Made by a program: the position numbers and the translations under genes. 64,000 nt of DNA from contig CP128817.1 in assembly GCA_051546255.1 (NCBI GenBank), positions 248,001-312,000 on the forward strand, read 5' to 3'. Positions 10,435 through 21,027 of this stretch are shown in pieces. Every line of letters begins with the position of its first letter. The stretch's first letter is position 1. The DNA is from Meyerozyma guilliermondii. Its lineage: Eukaryota. The notes beneath the pieces were generated by a model, which saw only the letters and a program-made list of their open reading frames with translations, did no database searches and was not told where the DNA came from.

Positions 10435-11106
10435 TTACTTTTGATGATTTTCGTCTTTTTCAAATCGCACCACGGTAAGCACTTCCCATCCTGCCTTTCT
10501 AGTAATGACTTCCTCTGCTAGCCAGCCTTGGCTACGCATGTAAAGACACACCTCCTTCGGCTTATTTCGAGCACAGAACAATATATATGCTATGCCATTG
10601 GGAGCAAGAATCGAGCTCAAATTTTTCAATACTCTCCATGTGACTTCCATGCCATCGTCTCCTCCCAACAACGCAAGGTCAAGCCAAGTTTCGTCATCGA
10701 GAGTATTAGGGGTAGCAGGCACAGCCTCTGCGGGGACGTAGGGAGGATTAAATACCAATAAATCAAGGCATTGACTTCGTATGGCCGTGGTACAGTCCAT
10801 CTGACAAACGTCATATATCAGAGGAACACCACCACTGTTCTTCTTTAAGGTGGCAAGAACCGCCTGGCAGGCATGTGGATTGACATCGGTAGGTATATAG
10901 ATGCCCCAGGGATACAAGTGTCGTTTGATAAATGCAATCACAATTCCTGAACCAGCTCCAATCTCCGATACTATAGGCACAGACGTATTTAAATGCAGTT
11001 TTAAGTAGTGCTGGTCTTGCTCCAAGCAGTCTAGAAGTAGGAAAGAGTCCTCAGCAGGCTCATATACATTTAAGTCCAACGTGGGAACTTCTGGTGTAGC
11101 TAGCAT
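10435..11106 (-). CDS. MTQ2: eRF1 N5-glutamine methyltransferase catalytic subunit
   Basis: [20 protein letters not shown] (SAM binding) and NPPY. Start placed at the ATG at 11106 (MLATP). Confidence 0.93.
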   Translation of the reverse strand: MLATPEVPTLDLNVYEPAEDSFLLLDCLEQDQHYLKLHLNTSVPIVSEIGAGSGIVIAFIKRHLYPWGIYIPTDVNPHACQAVLATLKKNSGGVPLIYDVCQMDCTTAIRSQCLDLLVFNPPYVPAEAVPATPNTLDDETWLDLALLGGDDGMEVTWRVLKNLSSILAPNGIAYILFCARNKPKEVCLYMRSQGWLAEEVITRKAGWEVLTVVRFEKDENHQK

Positions 11107-11198
11107 GGACCGAATCGATCGCACTCGAATCGCACATCGCACTCGATTTGCACTTCATCGCGCGTAGAATCCAACTTTGTGATTATATACTAGATACC

Positions 11199-11432
11199 AT
11201 GCAAGTCAAAGTGAAAACATTGACAGGCAGAGACATCCCTGTTGACATCGAACCGACCGACAGAATCATTCGTGTCAAGGAAATGATGGAAGAAAAAGAG
11301 GGAATTCCTCCCTCCCAGCAAAGACTCATTTTCAACGGATCACAGTTGGACGACGAAAGCACGGTTCTGGAGTCTAATATCACACCAGGGAGTTCCTTGC
11401 ACTTGGTGTTGACCTTGAGAGGTGGATGGTAG
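11199..11432 (+). CDS. RUB1: NEDD8-like modifier Rub1
   Basis: [10 protein letters not shown]...[15 protein letters not shown]...[10 protein letters not shown] plus one extra residue (W); 77 aa, intronless. Confidence 0.93.
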   Translation: MQVKVKTLTGRDIPVDIEPTDRIIRVKEMMEEKEGIPPSQQRLIFNGSQLDDESTVLESNITPGSSLHLVLTLRGGW

Positions 11433-11623
11433 GATAGCCGAATTAGGATGTTAATCTTGGCCAGAGGTTAGTGGAGTAGAAATGTACCGGTTACTGAATC
11501 TCTTACTTTCGAAATTTAGCGTTTATCCTAGTCATTGGTACCTTTGACGAATGCAATTCTTTATTCATATACTCAATAACTATGCTGATACTACCAGAAG
11601 TCACGAACTTGACGTAATTGCTT

Positions 11624-13729
11624 TCAGCCGTTCTTAGCCGCCCATAATTTGGCATTTTGCAAGAACTTGTTGATCGATGGCTCTGCCGGGGCGGATTCCT
11701 TGTCGCCGGGAAACTCGTACTCAATGTACTCTTCTTCAACGCCATTGACCACCCTGCGCTTCCGAACAAACTCAGGAAGTAACTCTTGGACTTGCTTTAC
11801 GCTCTGTTCGTCTCCATGTTCATTTTCGTAACCTTGCCATGCTCTCAACACCACAAGACGCTCTTCTGAAAGTCCCTTTGCAGCGAAATGTTCCAATGCC
11901 CGCTTGAAAATTGCGCTGGTGTTCTGCTTATGCTGGTCGGTTATGTTGAACTCCACCTCTTCTTCTTCACTTTCTTCAAAGATTCGAAGTTGTTCTTCCG
12001 TAGGAATACTCGATTCAAACAAGGCAAAAGATATCCACGAAGATGCAACATCGCTGGTCTTTGTGTACCGTTCATAAAGATCTCTTGCAAGGGAGTAGTT
12101 GAAGAGGTCCTTTTCGAACTCAATGTACAGATTCCATACTGTCCCTTTTAACTTCACATCATTTTCCCGAGTCGTAAGGTCCAACATGAACTCAAATAAT
12201 GAACGACATCTTTCGTGTTCTCGGTTAGCCTCTTCGAAAGCAACATATTGCTTCACCACCAGCCATATATTCTGAACTCCATTTGAACTCTCAGTCTCTA
12301 TCCATTTTTCAAATAGCTTGCGAGCTCGATCCCATTCGCCAAGTTTTCTCTCTAGTTCGATATAGAACCGGAACAACTTTGGTTTGGCTCTTGAACTTGT
12401 AAGTCCAATGCTTCTACCAAGAACTTTCCTCGCACGTAGTAAGCCGTCCTCAGGACTATTTCTCAACTCGAATTCAGCCACTCCAATCCACACCTTGGAA
12501 AATGTAAATTGTTTGTGAGGAATAGCTTGCAATAGCCTATTCCATACTGACCGTGCTTCTTCAACATCTTCAACGTCGAATTCGGTCCATAGAGCATATC
12601 TGATTCCTAGTAACACAAATCGGCGCCAATAAACCGTCTTACCGTCGTCTGTGGTGGGGGAAGTATTCATAAATTTCTCGTAGGTCTCTTTGATATCACC
12701 AGTTTTATTCTCTTCTTTGAGAATATCGATAAGTGCCCACCACGAATCGTAATTATGCGGGTCTGTTTTAATCTCCTGTTCGTATTCTGCTCGACGTTTC
12801 AAACGTATGCTTTTTTCGATGGTATCATGGTTACCATATTGTCTTTCAAAGTCAGCAAATCCACGCAACAACGTTTCCCTTTGGTGCTGTGGGAACTGAA
12901 ACTTGGACTCGTCCAACAAGACGGAGTATATTGCACTGGCTCTTTCCTGCTCACGAACCGACGCTTCCCACGAAGCCCACTGGATGAAAATGCTCATTAT
13001 ATCCTCTTTCACAGTACCCGTTTTCAACTTCTCAAGTAATGTGTTAGCCGCAAGTTCATAGATCTTTCGAATATGAGGCACATTATCGAGAATACCAGAT
13101 TCCATATGGATCCATTTGGACCAAGTTTCGACAGTGTCATGTTCCAGTACATAGCGCACAAAGATAGACCTGGCATTGTCATATTCGTCGTAGCGTCGCT
13201 CAAAGTTGATATAGGCGTCCCATGCTTCTGGAGTAGGATGCCATGAAAGCCATCGTTCAAAGATGTCCCTGACAGCTTGATAATGGCCCAAGATCTCCTC
13301 CGTTTGAACATACATAAACCACAACTTGTGTACTCTCGGAAGCACAGTCACACCCCTTTCCAAGAGGTTTCTCGCGTGGTTGACATTGCGGTGATGCAAT
13401 TCCATCCGGATATACTGGGTCCAAAATGGGATGTGTTCGACATCTACTTCGAGTGCCCGTTCATAGATGGATCTGGCTCGAGTGAAATCTCGATTGAATT
13501 CCACCTCCCATTTGGCGTACCGAAGCCATTGGCCGTAATTGAGTCTGTTTTTGTTGATTTGCTGTTCGTATTCTCGGCGCTTGGTGATCTGAAATGATCG
13601 CAAGTCCTCGAGGTCTTGGATCGTTTGCTGGGGCCGCAGCCATCGTTGCTCCTTGCTTTCGAACGCCTCCTTAAGTATTTGTGAGCTGGTCACCTGCGGC
13701 ACCGTGGATCCAGAAGCACTTTGAGCCAT
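11624..13729 (-). CDS. CLF1: Pre-mRNA splicing factor Clf1 (crooked-neck HAT repeats)
   Basis: Multiple HAT repeats (WLRYAKWE, RARSIYERAL, NHARNLLERGVTVLPRV, NYDSWW) and a C-terminal KFLQNAKLW. Start at ATG 13729. Confidence 0.93.
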   Translation of the reverse strand: MAQSASGSTVPQVTSSQILKEAFESKEQRWLRPQQTIQDLEDLRSFQITKRREYEQQINKNRLNYGQWLRYAKWEVEFNRDFTRARSIYERALEVDVEHIPFWTQYIRMELHHRNVNHARNLLERGVTVLPRVHKLWFMYVQTEEILGHYQAVRDIFERWLSWHPTPEAWDAYINFERRYDEYDNARSIFVRYVLEHDTVETWSKWIHMESGILDNVPHIRKIYELAANTLLEKLKTGTVKEDIMSIFIQWASWEASVREQERASAIYSVLLDESKFQFPQHQRETLLRGFADFERQYGNHDTIEKSIRLKRRAEYEQEIKTDPHNYDSWWALIDILKEENKTGDIKETYEKFMNTSPTTDDGKTVYWRRFVLLGIRYALWTEFDVEDVEEARSVWNRLLQAIPHKQFTFSKVWIGVAEFELRNSPEDGLLRARKVLGRSIGLTSSRAKPKLFRFYIELERKLGEWDRARKLFEKWIETESSNGVQNIWLVVKQYVAFEEANREHERCRSLFEFMLDLTTRENDVKLKGTVWNLYIEFEKDLFNYSLARDLYERYTKTSDVASSWISFALFESSIPTEEQLRIFEESEEEEVEFNITDQHKQNTSAIFKRALEHFAAKGLSEERLVVLRAWQGYENEHGDEQSVKQVQELLPEFVRKRRVVNGVEEEYIEYEFPGDKESAPAEPSINKFLQNAKLWAAKNG

Positions 13730-13919
13730 GCTGCAAAACCGTGATTTTTCGCTGGGTGCTTGATAGGTGCTTGTAGATGCCAAACTTAAATGGCATCGCA
13801 GACTGCACAGAGCCCTTCTCTGGTCGCACGTCACTGCACTTGAAAGACATGCAGGACGATAACCAACCTCACGTGGGGAAGCACTCAGTTTCTCCTTTTA
13901 TGCTGCAACAGAACGTGAC

Positions 13920-16271
13920 ATGTCTATTTCGTCCGAGAGAACGAACCTGTCAGTAGTAGACACCGAAAATGAAGTCTATTCCCTGGTATCCGAAACCACG
14001 CCATTTTTAGAACATCGTCATCTGCAATATTCGATAATAGGAGATGGTGACTTGGAACCGGAAATGATAGAAGACCTTCAATCCAAATACGATGAGTACT
14101 ACCAAGTTCAACAACAGAAGCTCGTGAAGCGACGGTTCTGGTGGTTCTGCTGTTTGGGTCTCGCCGCCATCATAATAATGCATCTTTCTTTCTTACCTCG
14201 AACGTCACTCAGCCGAGACTTTCGCAGATGGTATGGCCTCCATTTGACCAAATCTGACATCAAACGCAACTTTCTTCTTTACAGCGACACAGAAAACACC
14301 AGCTTCACCAATAGGGAATCCATAGACATGTGGTTGGGAAACCTCACGAAAATCAGCGAGGCCAAAAGCCATTCGTTGACATCTACAGATAATCCAGACC
14401 TAGAACGGTATGTGTCTAACGTCTTTAAACTGCTTGGATACCATCCTCATACCTACTCCTACAACGTACCGCAACTCCGCTGCCCGCAATCCCTGACACT
14501 TTCGTTGATAGCTGACGATGGTGCGGTCATCTACGATGCTCGCTTGAGCGAGAAGGGCTTCTCAACACCCGCATACCTCAGTTTCGGCTCCAATGGAGCG
14601 GTTACGGCCCCATTTGTCTACGTCGAAGAAGGGACCCATCTGAGCTACACTAAGGATGTTAACGGCTGTATAGTGATAGCCAAGTCAAATCTGTCTTCGG
14701 TACTCTCCGCAGCCGAAAAGCTACAAATTGCCCAGCACAAAGGCGCTGTAGGGTTCATCATCTACCATGAAGATTTGAACAATTCGGCGGCAATTTCAAG
14801 AGATAGTGGGTCTTTGATACCGTTCTGGAATAATGCCAACTCTCGTCCATCTATCCCGGCCATTCCCGTTAGCTATGCCTCCATTCAACCGATACTCGAA
14901 GCGTCCAAAGCAACAGACGAGCGCTTAATGCTCCATTTGAGCAGCAATTTTCTCGACCAGAAACCGAGAAGAATTTCCAACGTCGTTGGATCTGTCAAGG
15001 GAATTCTTAACGACGGGGAGATTATCATTGGCGCGGGTAGAGACTCGCTAACTTCTGCCAATGTCTTGAGCAATCATGCTGTTTTGTTTGAGATTATGAA
15101 GCATTTCCGTCAGCTTTTAAAACTCGGCTGGAAGCCCTTACGGACCATAAAGTTCGTGTCTTGGGATGGATCCAGAAGTGGTTTGGTAGGCAGTCAACTT
15201 TTTGGCGATGATCCGAAAGCTCTTGATAATAAGCACCCAGTCTTGTGCTACATCAACCTTGACCTTGACATTGTGAGAGGCACTAATTTCAGAATAGAAT
15301 CAACTCCTGTGTTTGATCACTTGATTAAAAAGACGGCCAAATATATCCCATTTCCAAACGAAAAGGGGTCCAGGTCGACTCTTTTTCGTTACTGGAACAA
15401 ACAAGACAAAAATGTCATCCATAACATTATATCAGACAATCCTGACCGGTCCGATGCATTTGTCTTTCAAAACCACTTGAGCGCACCTGTAATCAATGTC
15501 AGGTTTGATAATGAAACAGGATACTGTCACAATTCCAATATGTTCTCTCTAAAACATGTTAAAGACGTCGATGAGAACTTGAATTTACATTCTCTGTTAG
15601 CACGGTTTGTTGGTCTTTTCACCATTTCCTTGAGCGAGAGAGAGATTCTTCATAGTAAAACCGAACCATACTTTGAAAGTATTTCAAGGTCCTTTGACAA
15701 TTACAAAGAGAAGTACCAGAACCAGTTATCAGCATGGAGCAACAAATTGGTTCCTTCAAAGCTCCTTGAAAAGTCGACCATATATAACAACGTGAAGAAC
15801 GATGTGGATATTAATAGTGTGCGATTCGGGGACTTGATAGCTGAATTCCAGTCCCTTCTACAATCAGCGGTGGAGATCTCCAGCCATTTCGATACCTATT
15901 CCAAGGAAGTTCAAGATGGTCTTATTGAGGATTATCCCTGGTATAAGGCTCTTGTCAAGTTGAAACGTTATGCTCAATACAAGGTTGTGAACCATAAGTT
16001 GATACATTTAGAGAATGAGTTGTCGTTAAAACCAAGGCATTATGAGTACATCTTTAGCTCACCAGCGAAAGAAACATGGTTCCACCATTTGATATATGGA
16101 GAGGTACCTTTTTCCACTGAACAAAATTCGACTTATTTTGAAACCAACAGTCGACAAGTACTTCTATGGAGACTATATGATGCGGCAGAACGCAGCAACT
16201 ACACAGATACTATAAAATGGGTTGTTGTCTTGCACGATGCAATCTATAGTATTCGTTATAAACTATCTTAA
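13920..16271 (+). CDS. Transferrin-receptor-like type II membrane protein (Tre1/Tre2 family; PA plus degenerate M28 domain)
   Basis: Single N-terminal TM followed by PRTSLSRDFRR, PA-like domain, GWKPLRTIKFVSWDG, YINLD and WFHHLIYG. Confidence 0.75.
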   Translation: MSISSERTNLSVVDTENEVYSLVSETTPFLEHRHLQYSIIGDGDLEPEMIEDLQSKYDEYYQVQQQKLVKRRFWWFCCLGLAAIIIMHLSFLPRTSLSRDFRRWYGLHLTKSDIKRNFLLYSDTENTSFTNRESIDMWLGNLTKISEAKSHSLTSTDNPDLERYVSNVFKLLGYHPHTYSYNVPQLRCPQSLTLSLIADDGAVIYDARLSEKGFSTPAYLSFGSNGAVTAPFVYVEEGTHLSYTKDVNGCIVIAKSNLSSVLSAAEKLQIAQHKGAVGFIIYHEDLNNSAAISRDSGSLIPFWNNANSRPSIPAIPVSYASIQPILEASKATDERLMLHLSSNFLDQKPRRISNVVGSVKGILNDGEIIIGAGRDSLTSANVLSNHAVLFEIMKHFRQLLKLGWKPLRTIKFVSWDGSRSGLVGSQLFGDDPKALDNKHPVLCYINLDLDIVRGTNFRIESTPVFDHLIKKTAKYIPFPNEKGSRSTLFRYWNKQDKNVIHNIISDNPDRSDAFVFQNHLSAPVINVRFDNETGYCHNSNMFSLKHVKDVDENLNLHSLLARFVGLFTISLSEREILHSKTEPYFESISRSFDNYKEKYQNQLSAWSNKLVPSKLLEKSTIYNNVKNDVDINSVRFGDLIAEFQSLLQSAVEISSHFDTYSKEVQDGLIEDYPWYKALVKLKRYAQYKVVNHKLIHLENELSLKPRHYEYIFSSPAKETWFHHLIYGEVPFSTEQNSTYFETNSRQVLLWRLYDAAERSNYTDTIKWVVVLHDAIYSIRYKLS

Positions 16272-16299
16272 TCTTATCTAAAAATTTACCTTTTTTTGC

Positions 16300-16305
16300 A
16301 CGCGT
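16300..16305. promoter_or_regulatory. MCB box (ACGCGT) upstream of the REC8-like gene
   Basis: Exact ACGCGT about 90 bp before the ATG at 16397. Confidence 0.4.
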
Positions 16306-16396
16306 TCCATTAGTGGGTATGGTTGCAAAATTCACATTATCTGACACATAACTTTCACACTCACCCTTTATATTTCTACCACTTTTGCATACTATC

Positions 16397-17965
16397 ATGA
16401 ACCTCTTGAGCAGGCTCGAGAATGATGAGGGATTACGTCTAGCATGGCAATTGGATAATATAGGAATTAGTGGCCTTGCTTCGAAGTTAGCCAAAAGCCG
16501 AATTACCAATTATTCAGTTCATGAATTGTGCAATCAAATCTCGAAAAATAGCCAGACTTTTCTACTTCGTGACTTGTCGAAATTGATGCATGGCTTATCT
16601 ATCATGTACTCACAGCAGGTATCTTGTATCATGAGAGATGTTTCCAATATTCAGTTTCAGTTGAATCTGGCTAGGTTCTTAAACATTCTTCCTCTGACCA
16701 AGGTCACTAATAATGGAGAAGCTAGGAGGTCTAAGAAGATTACGTTTCTATCTGATGATCAAAGTTTTGACATCCAGATGGATCTCACTTTGTCTTTGAC
16801 TGCTGTAACTTTCAATTCTTTACCATTTGAAGTTAAGCAAAAAGAACAAGATACAAGCACACGATTTATATCCTCACCGCAAGCCCAGCAGTACCATCAC
16901 ATATCTAATAAGAGCCTTGACATCGATGACGACTTTGCACTTGACTTGGGTCATCAGCTTGAAAATAATATCGAGGAGGATGTGAACATGGATACCTTGC
17001 TCCCAGATATCATCTATCCCCAAGGGCAAGAACCACAGGTTGAGTCCACAATATCCGGCTTGTTCAAAAGCACACTTCGAGACTCTTCGTCGTCATCAAC
17101 CATCAAAAAAGATCCGAAGAAACGCAGGCTTATTATTGATGAGGAATGTGTTCTCAATCACACAACGAAGAGATGTAAAAGCGAAAGCTTGAAACCGGTA
17201 ACCACAGAGATCCTCAACATAGAGTTTTTCCGTCATCCATACACTTTGAACCATCTCACTTCTTACTGCTATCGATGCATTTCCAAAAATGTCGAGGTCG
17301 CCAACTACTTTGATCGTTCAGATTACAGGGAATTACAAAGCACCCTTATGAAGAGCATAGAAGATGCTTCTGTCGAACATGAGGTGGGTAGGAACCTCAT
17401 CCCCTCACAGGCTAGTATCAGCGAATACTATGGTGATGCCGCTATGCTCTTCGATGATCAGGATGAAAATTTGCAGCCAAATTACATGCAAGAAGATTAC
17501 GATATCTCGCTTCCTGAGCTTGGGTTACGTGCAGAAAGTCAAGAAGCAAAGGAGACGAATACTTTCCCAATAGCTGATTTTGCCTTGGAACCAATAGTAG
17601 ATTCTGAGGGTAAAAATTTGGCTGTTATTCCTGCTGAGATACACGGCCAACTACGTGAATTTTACCAATTCTTGATATTGAGAGGAATGAAGTACGGTGC
17701 TGTTTCAAGGTACGACAAAGCGGAACAAAGGGGGGAAAATATTTCTCCAAAACTCAAATGCGTCGTCATGTTGCATCAGCTTTTACCTCGCAGTATAGAT
17801 CAATCTTTGACCATTGAGGCAGAAAGTCCACCAACGAGATCCATCGTTGCAGCATCTTTTTCCAGCATACTTGAACTTGCTTCTAAAAGCATAATCACCC
17901 TCAAAGAGCTTGACAACGCTCTACAGCTTACAGTTTCAGTGGAAACAAAAATGCAATCGAGCTAA
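16397..17965 (+). CDS. REC8: Kleisin of the Rad21/Rec8 family, probably meiotic Rec8
   Basis: N-terminal kleisin pattern GLRLAWQL...SVHELCNQI...LRDLSKLMHGLSIMYSQQVSCIMRDV; C-terminal winged-helix pattern TRSIVAASFSSILELASKSII. Neighbours LSP1 and HAT1 are also near REC8 in S. cerevisiae. Confidence 0.72.
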   Translation: MNLLSRLENDEGLRLAWQLDNIGISGLASKLAKSRITNYSVHELCNQISKNSQTFLLRDLSKLMHGLSIMYSQQVSCIMRDVSNIQFQLNLARFLNILPLTKVTNNGEARRSKKITFLSDDQSFDIQMDLTLSLTAVTFNSLPFEVKQKEQDTSTRFISSPQAQQYHHISNKSLDIDDDFALDLGHQLENNIEEDVNMDTLLPDIIYPQGQEPQVESTISGLFKSTLRDSSSSSTIKKDPKKRRLIIDEECVLNHTTKRCKSESLKPVTTEILNIEFFRHPYTLNHLTSYCYRCISKNVEVANYFDRSDYRELQSTLMKSIEDASVEHEVGRNLIPSQASISEYYGDAAMLFDDQDENLQPNYMQEDYDISLPELGLRAESQEAKETNTFPIADFALEPIVDSEGKNLAVIPAEIHGQLREFYQFLILRGMKYGAVSRYDKAEQRGENISPKLKCVVMLHQLLPRSIDQSLTIEAESPPTRSIVAASFSSILELASKSIITLKELDNALQLTVSVETKMQSS

Positions 17966-18058
17966 TAATTATACGAAGGCTATTAAAATAATACAAATAT
18001 TACAAAAAGAGGACAGGCCAGCTTATCATAGCGATTTAGATTGTTACATTATGTGACC

Positions 18059-18970
18059 TTACTTTTCAGCAACCTCGTCATGCTTGGCGAATTCCTCCTC
18101 AGCATTGGCAAGATCATCCTCAGCAGGCTCCTCGTACTCAGATTGGTGCAAGGACAAGGTTGGCTTGACAGCAGCAGAGTCCAAAGTCCATGAGGCCAAG
18201 GCGTTCTCAGCGTCAATGATAATTTGCTTGGAAGCTTCGTAGCCATCGTAAGTTGGTCTGGTCTCTCCTGGAGTCACAGCAGACTCATCCAATAACTCCA
18301 ACAAGGCCTTACCGTAACCAGCAACCAAAGCGTACTTTTCGGCCAATTCTCTGGTAGCGTCGAATTGGTAGTTGAAAGCAGCCTTCAATTGTTGTCTGGT
18401 AATGTTGGACAATTGTGCCTCAGCAACCAAAGACTCAGCCTCGGCTCTAACCAATTCTTGTTCCAAAACTGGAATTTTTGGCGATTGAGGGTCTTTGTAT
18501 TTGAGGTGAGCAATTTCGTCGGTGATTTTTTGCTTTCTGTCTCTGGATGGTTGAACAGAAGACTCAATGTTACGAATGGTCTTCAAGGTTATACGGTACT
18601 GGTCGTACTTGTCAATGTATTGGTCTTCCAACTCACCAATCTCGTAAATTAAAACTCCCAATTTATCGGTAACGTCGGAGACATCCTCGTCGTTTTCTTC
18701 ACCCCAAGCACTCAATTGCTTGGCAACGTCACGACGTTCTCTGGCAGTCAATTCAATGGCTCTCATCACATTCTTTTCCATCTTGACGTATTGACTCAAT
18801 TTTCTCGACAATTCCGGACCGGTGTTACCAGCAACCGTCTTTCTGAACGAGGAAGCAATTCCTCCCTTTCCGAAAAATCTTGACTTAGTAGTCGAGGGAG
18901 GAGGAGGTGGGGATTGCAATTGAGCGGCGGTAGGAGCCTTTTGACTTCTCAAAGAATAAGTTCTGTGCAT
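18059..18970 (-). CDS. LSP1: Eisosome BAR-domain core protein, Pil1/Lsp1 family
   Basis: MHRTYSLR...PPPPPS...GPELSRKL...LEQELVRAEAESLVAEAQLSN. ITDEIAHLKY and KIPVLEQ resemble S. cerevisiae Lsp1; PIL1/LSP1 naming is ambiguous. Confidence 0.9.
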   Translation of the reverse strand: MHRTYSLRSQKAPTAAQLQSPPPPPSTTKSRFFGKGGIASSFRKTVAGNTGPELSRKLSQYVKMEKNVMRAIELTARERRDVAKQLSAWGEENDEDVSDVTDKLGVLIYEIGELEDQYIDKYDQYRITLKTIRNIESSVQPSRDRKQKITDEIAHLKYKDPQSPKIPVLEQELVRAEAESLVAEAQLSNITRQQLKAAFNYQFDATRELAEKYALVAGYGKALLELLDESAVTPGETRPTYDGYEASKQIIIDAENALASWTLDSAAVKPTLSLHQSEYEEPAEDDLANAEEEFAKHDEVAEK

Positions 18971-19615
18971 TTTTTATTAATGAACAATCTTCAATAGATA
19001 AAATAAAAATGACGGTTACACCCCCCTTTTAAATAGTGAGGTCCGTTGAGGATGACTTCTTTGTGTTACTTGCTATGAGCCGCACGCGTCTCGGCACAAG
19101 AGACATGACGAGGCGGGCGAGTCACGTACAATGGAGAGAGCAAGGAGGTAAAGCAAAAACGAGCCACAGAAACCAGTTTGCAGGAACATGTTATTTTCTC
19201 TGTTTCTTTCCAATTATTTAGTTTACTCATCAAAAAAGAGCACCAATTGTGTGCACCCGAATTCGCATTCCGGTTATGGTTATTCCGCATTGAGGTTATT
19301 GACGTTTACGTAATCACAAATTATGACGTCACGGCCCTTATAGAAGCATATACCGAAACTTCTTCGCATCAAATGACGTAATACCATGACCACTGGCCCA
19401 TGCAAGAGATGCAATTGCAATCAGCCGCTTGAGTAGATTAGCATTTTTGTGGGTGAGCCGCAACATGTTAGGAACTCGGACTTTTGAACTCTGTCTTCCA
19501 TGACATATTATCTGATAATTTTCTGCTATCTCAAGGCTGCAAATATGCATATGCATAATTTACGACTGACATTAAACGCAAAGCTTATACCGGAATTGCG
19601 ATTTCATCGACCAGT

Positions 19616-20830
19616 CTACTCAAGTTTGGGTTTCTTATTGGCGCCATTGTCCAAGGCTTCATTTTCTCGCTTTAATTTGAGTGGCTCCATTATTCTGTAA
19701 TAATCCTGTGCCAACGATTCGTAAGCTGTGTGTAGTTTGTCCCTTCGTGTTGCTTCGTCGAGACCCGCCAATGCTTCTTTGTTTTTCTCAAACAATCTCT
19801 TTTTGATAAATAACCTCACCTCCTTGTTTGTGACGTTTGGACTGGGCGACTTCAACTTTTGTAAAAGTAGCATTTCAACCAAACGAGAAAATTGTCTTCG
19901 TTCAAGCTTCTGCTCTCTTCTTGTCGTTTCCCACCAATCGCTATTGACGAGGTTCATGTCTATGCTTCGGAGGTCGAAGATATTTTGCTCTACGAGGCGC
20001 GAAAAGTCACTTCGGTCTCGCAAGTCGTCAAAACTCTCGTTGGGATCTTCTACCACAATTTCGACAACCTTGGGGTCTGACTTCCAAAGTTCAAATAAGC
20101 GATTGTAAAATTGTCCACCCAAATGGTTACCCTGATGTGTAGGAAGTATAATGAACTGCGAAAGCTTTTTTCGGACTTCTTCCTTACCTTCATCGAAATT
20201 CTTACCGCCAGGGTATTTCCAGTAGTTATAAGCTGTACACAATCCAACCACAGAGGGTAGTTTCGGATCATCTACCTTGTATAACACGTAAAGGTCCCAC
20301 AATTCGTCTGTGCTGTCGATGTATGAAGCAGCTTCAATGAATAACAAGGTAAGAAACTGTAATCTTTTTAAGAGTTCTAATCCTCTTTCGGATTTGAGGT
20401 CAATCTTGTAAATAGCATAGCTACTGCCTCCTTGTGTGAAGGTCTCACCAAATTGTGTCCCGGGAATAGTGTAGTTTTCTTGCTCTTCTTGAATTGCATC
20501 AGCCCATTCTTCTTCGTCTTTGAAGATGGTGGACTCTGGTAAAAACTTCAAAAGTTGGTCCTTTGGTTCCTCAAGAGATTCGTCGCTCAATTTTTCCGAG
20601 TACCTGACGTTCAAGAAAGGGTAGAACGTGCAATGGTCAAAGCAAAGGAATATTACAAGATCTTTGAATCCGAATATTTGTTCAGCTTCACCAAAAACTG
20701 GATATGTAAAAGCAGGCTGGAAATGTTTAGCGCCACTTGGTTCAGTGATAAATATCTGTAGAGCCTGATTGGAAGACATGGTCCATTGCTCGGGCTGAAG
20801 CGAAGCGGCCGTGACCTTTGGTTCTGTCAT
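19616..20830 (-). CDS. HAT1: Histone acetyltransferase type B catalytic subunit
   Basis: FTYPVFGEAEQIFGF, LLFIEAASYID, KLSQFIILPTHQG and VEDPNESFDDLRD. Start at ATG 20830. Confidence 0.95.
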   Translation of the reverse strand: MTEPKVTAASLQPEQWTMSSNQALQIFITEPSGAKHFQPAFTYPVFGEAEQIFGFKDLVIFLCFDHCTFYPFLNVRYSEKLSDESLEEPKDQLLKFLPESTIFKDEEEWADAIQEEQENYTIPGTQFGETFTQGGSSYAIYKIDLKSERGLELLKRLQFLTLLFIEAASYIDSTDELWDLYVLYKVDDPKLPSVVGLCTAYNYWKYPGGKNFDEGKEEVRKKLSQFIILPTHQGNHLGGQFYNRLFELWKSDPKVVEIVVEDPNESFDDLRDRSDFSRLVEQNIFDLRSIDMNLVNSDWWETTRREQKLERRQFSRLVEMLLLQKLKSPSPNVTNKEVRLFIKKRLFEKNKEALAGLDEATRRDKLHTAYESLAQDYYRIMEPLKLKRENEALDNGANKKPKLE

Positions 20831-21027
20831 AATACGTAGATTAGGTGTGTAAAAAGTTGAGAATTTAACCGCGTACGCGGGCCGGCACAGAAGACTGTTA
20901 TGTTCACGGTTCTGGTTCACACTGTATTACAATACATTTCTTATACTACTTCATATCTTCCACTACCGCATCTTCTCATTCACCACTCACTTTGCTACAA
21001 AATCCATCATGATTTGTAAAATTTAAA

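Noticed and set aside
16397..20830. Possible centromere, since REC8, LSP1 and HAT1 are centromere-linked in S. cerevisiae
   Set aside because: No multi-kb gene-free or AT-rich tract and no CDEI-II-III arrangement; the largest local gap is about 650 bp.
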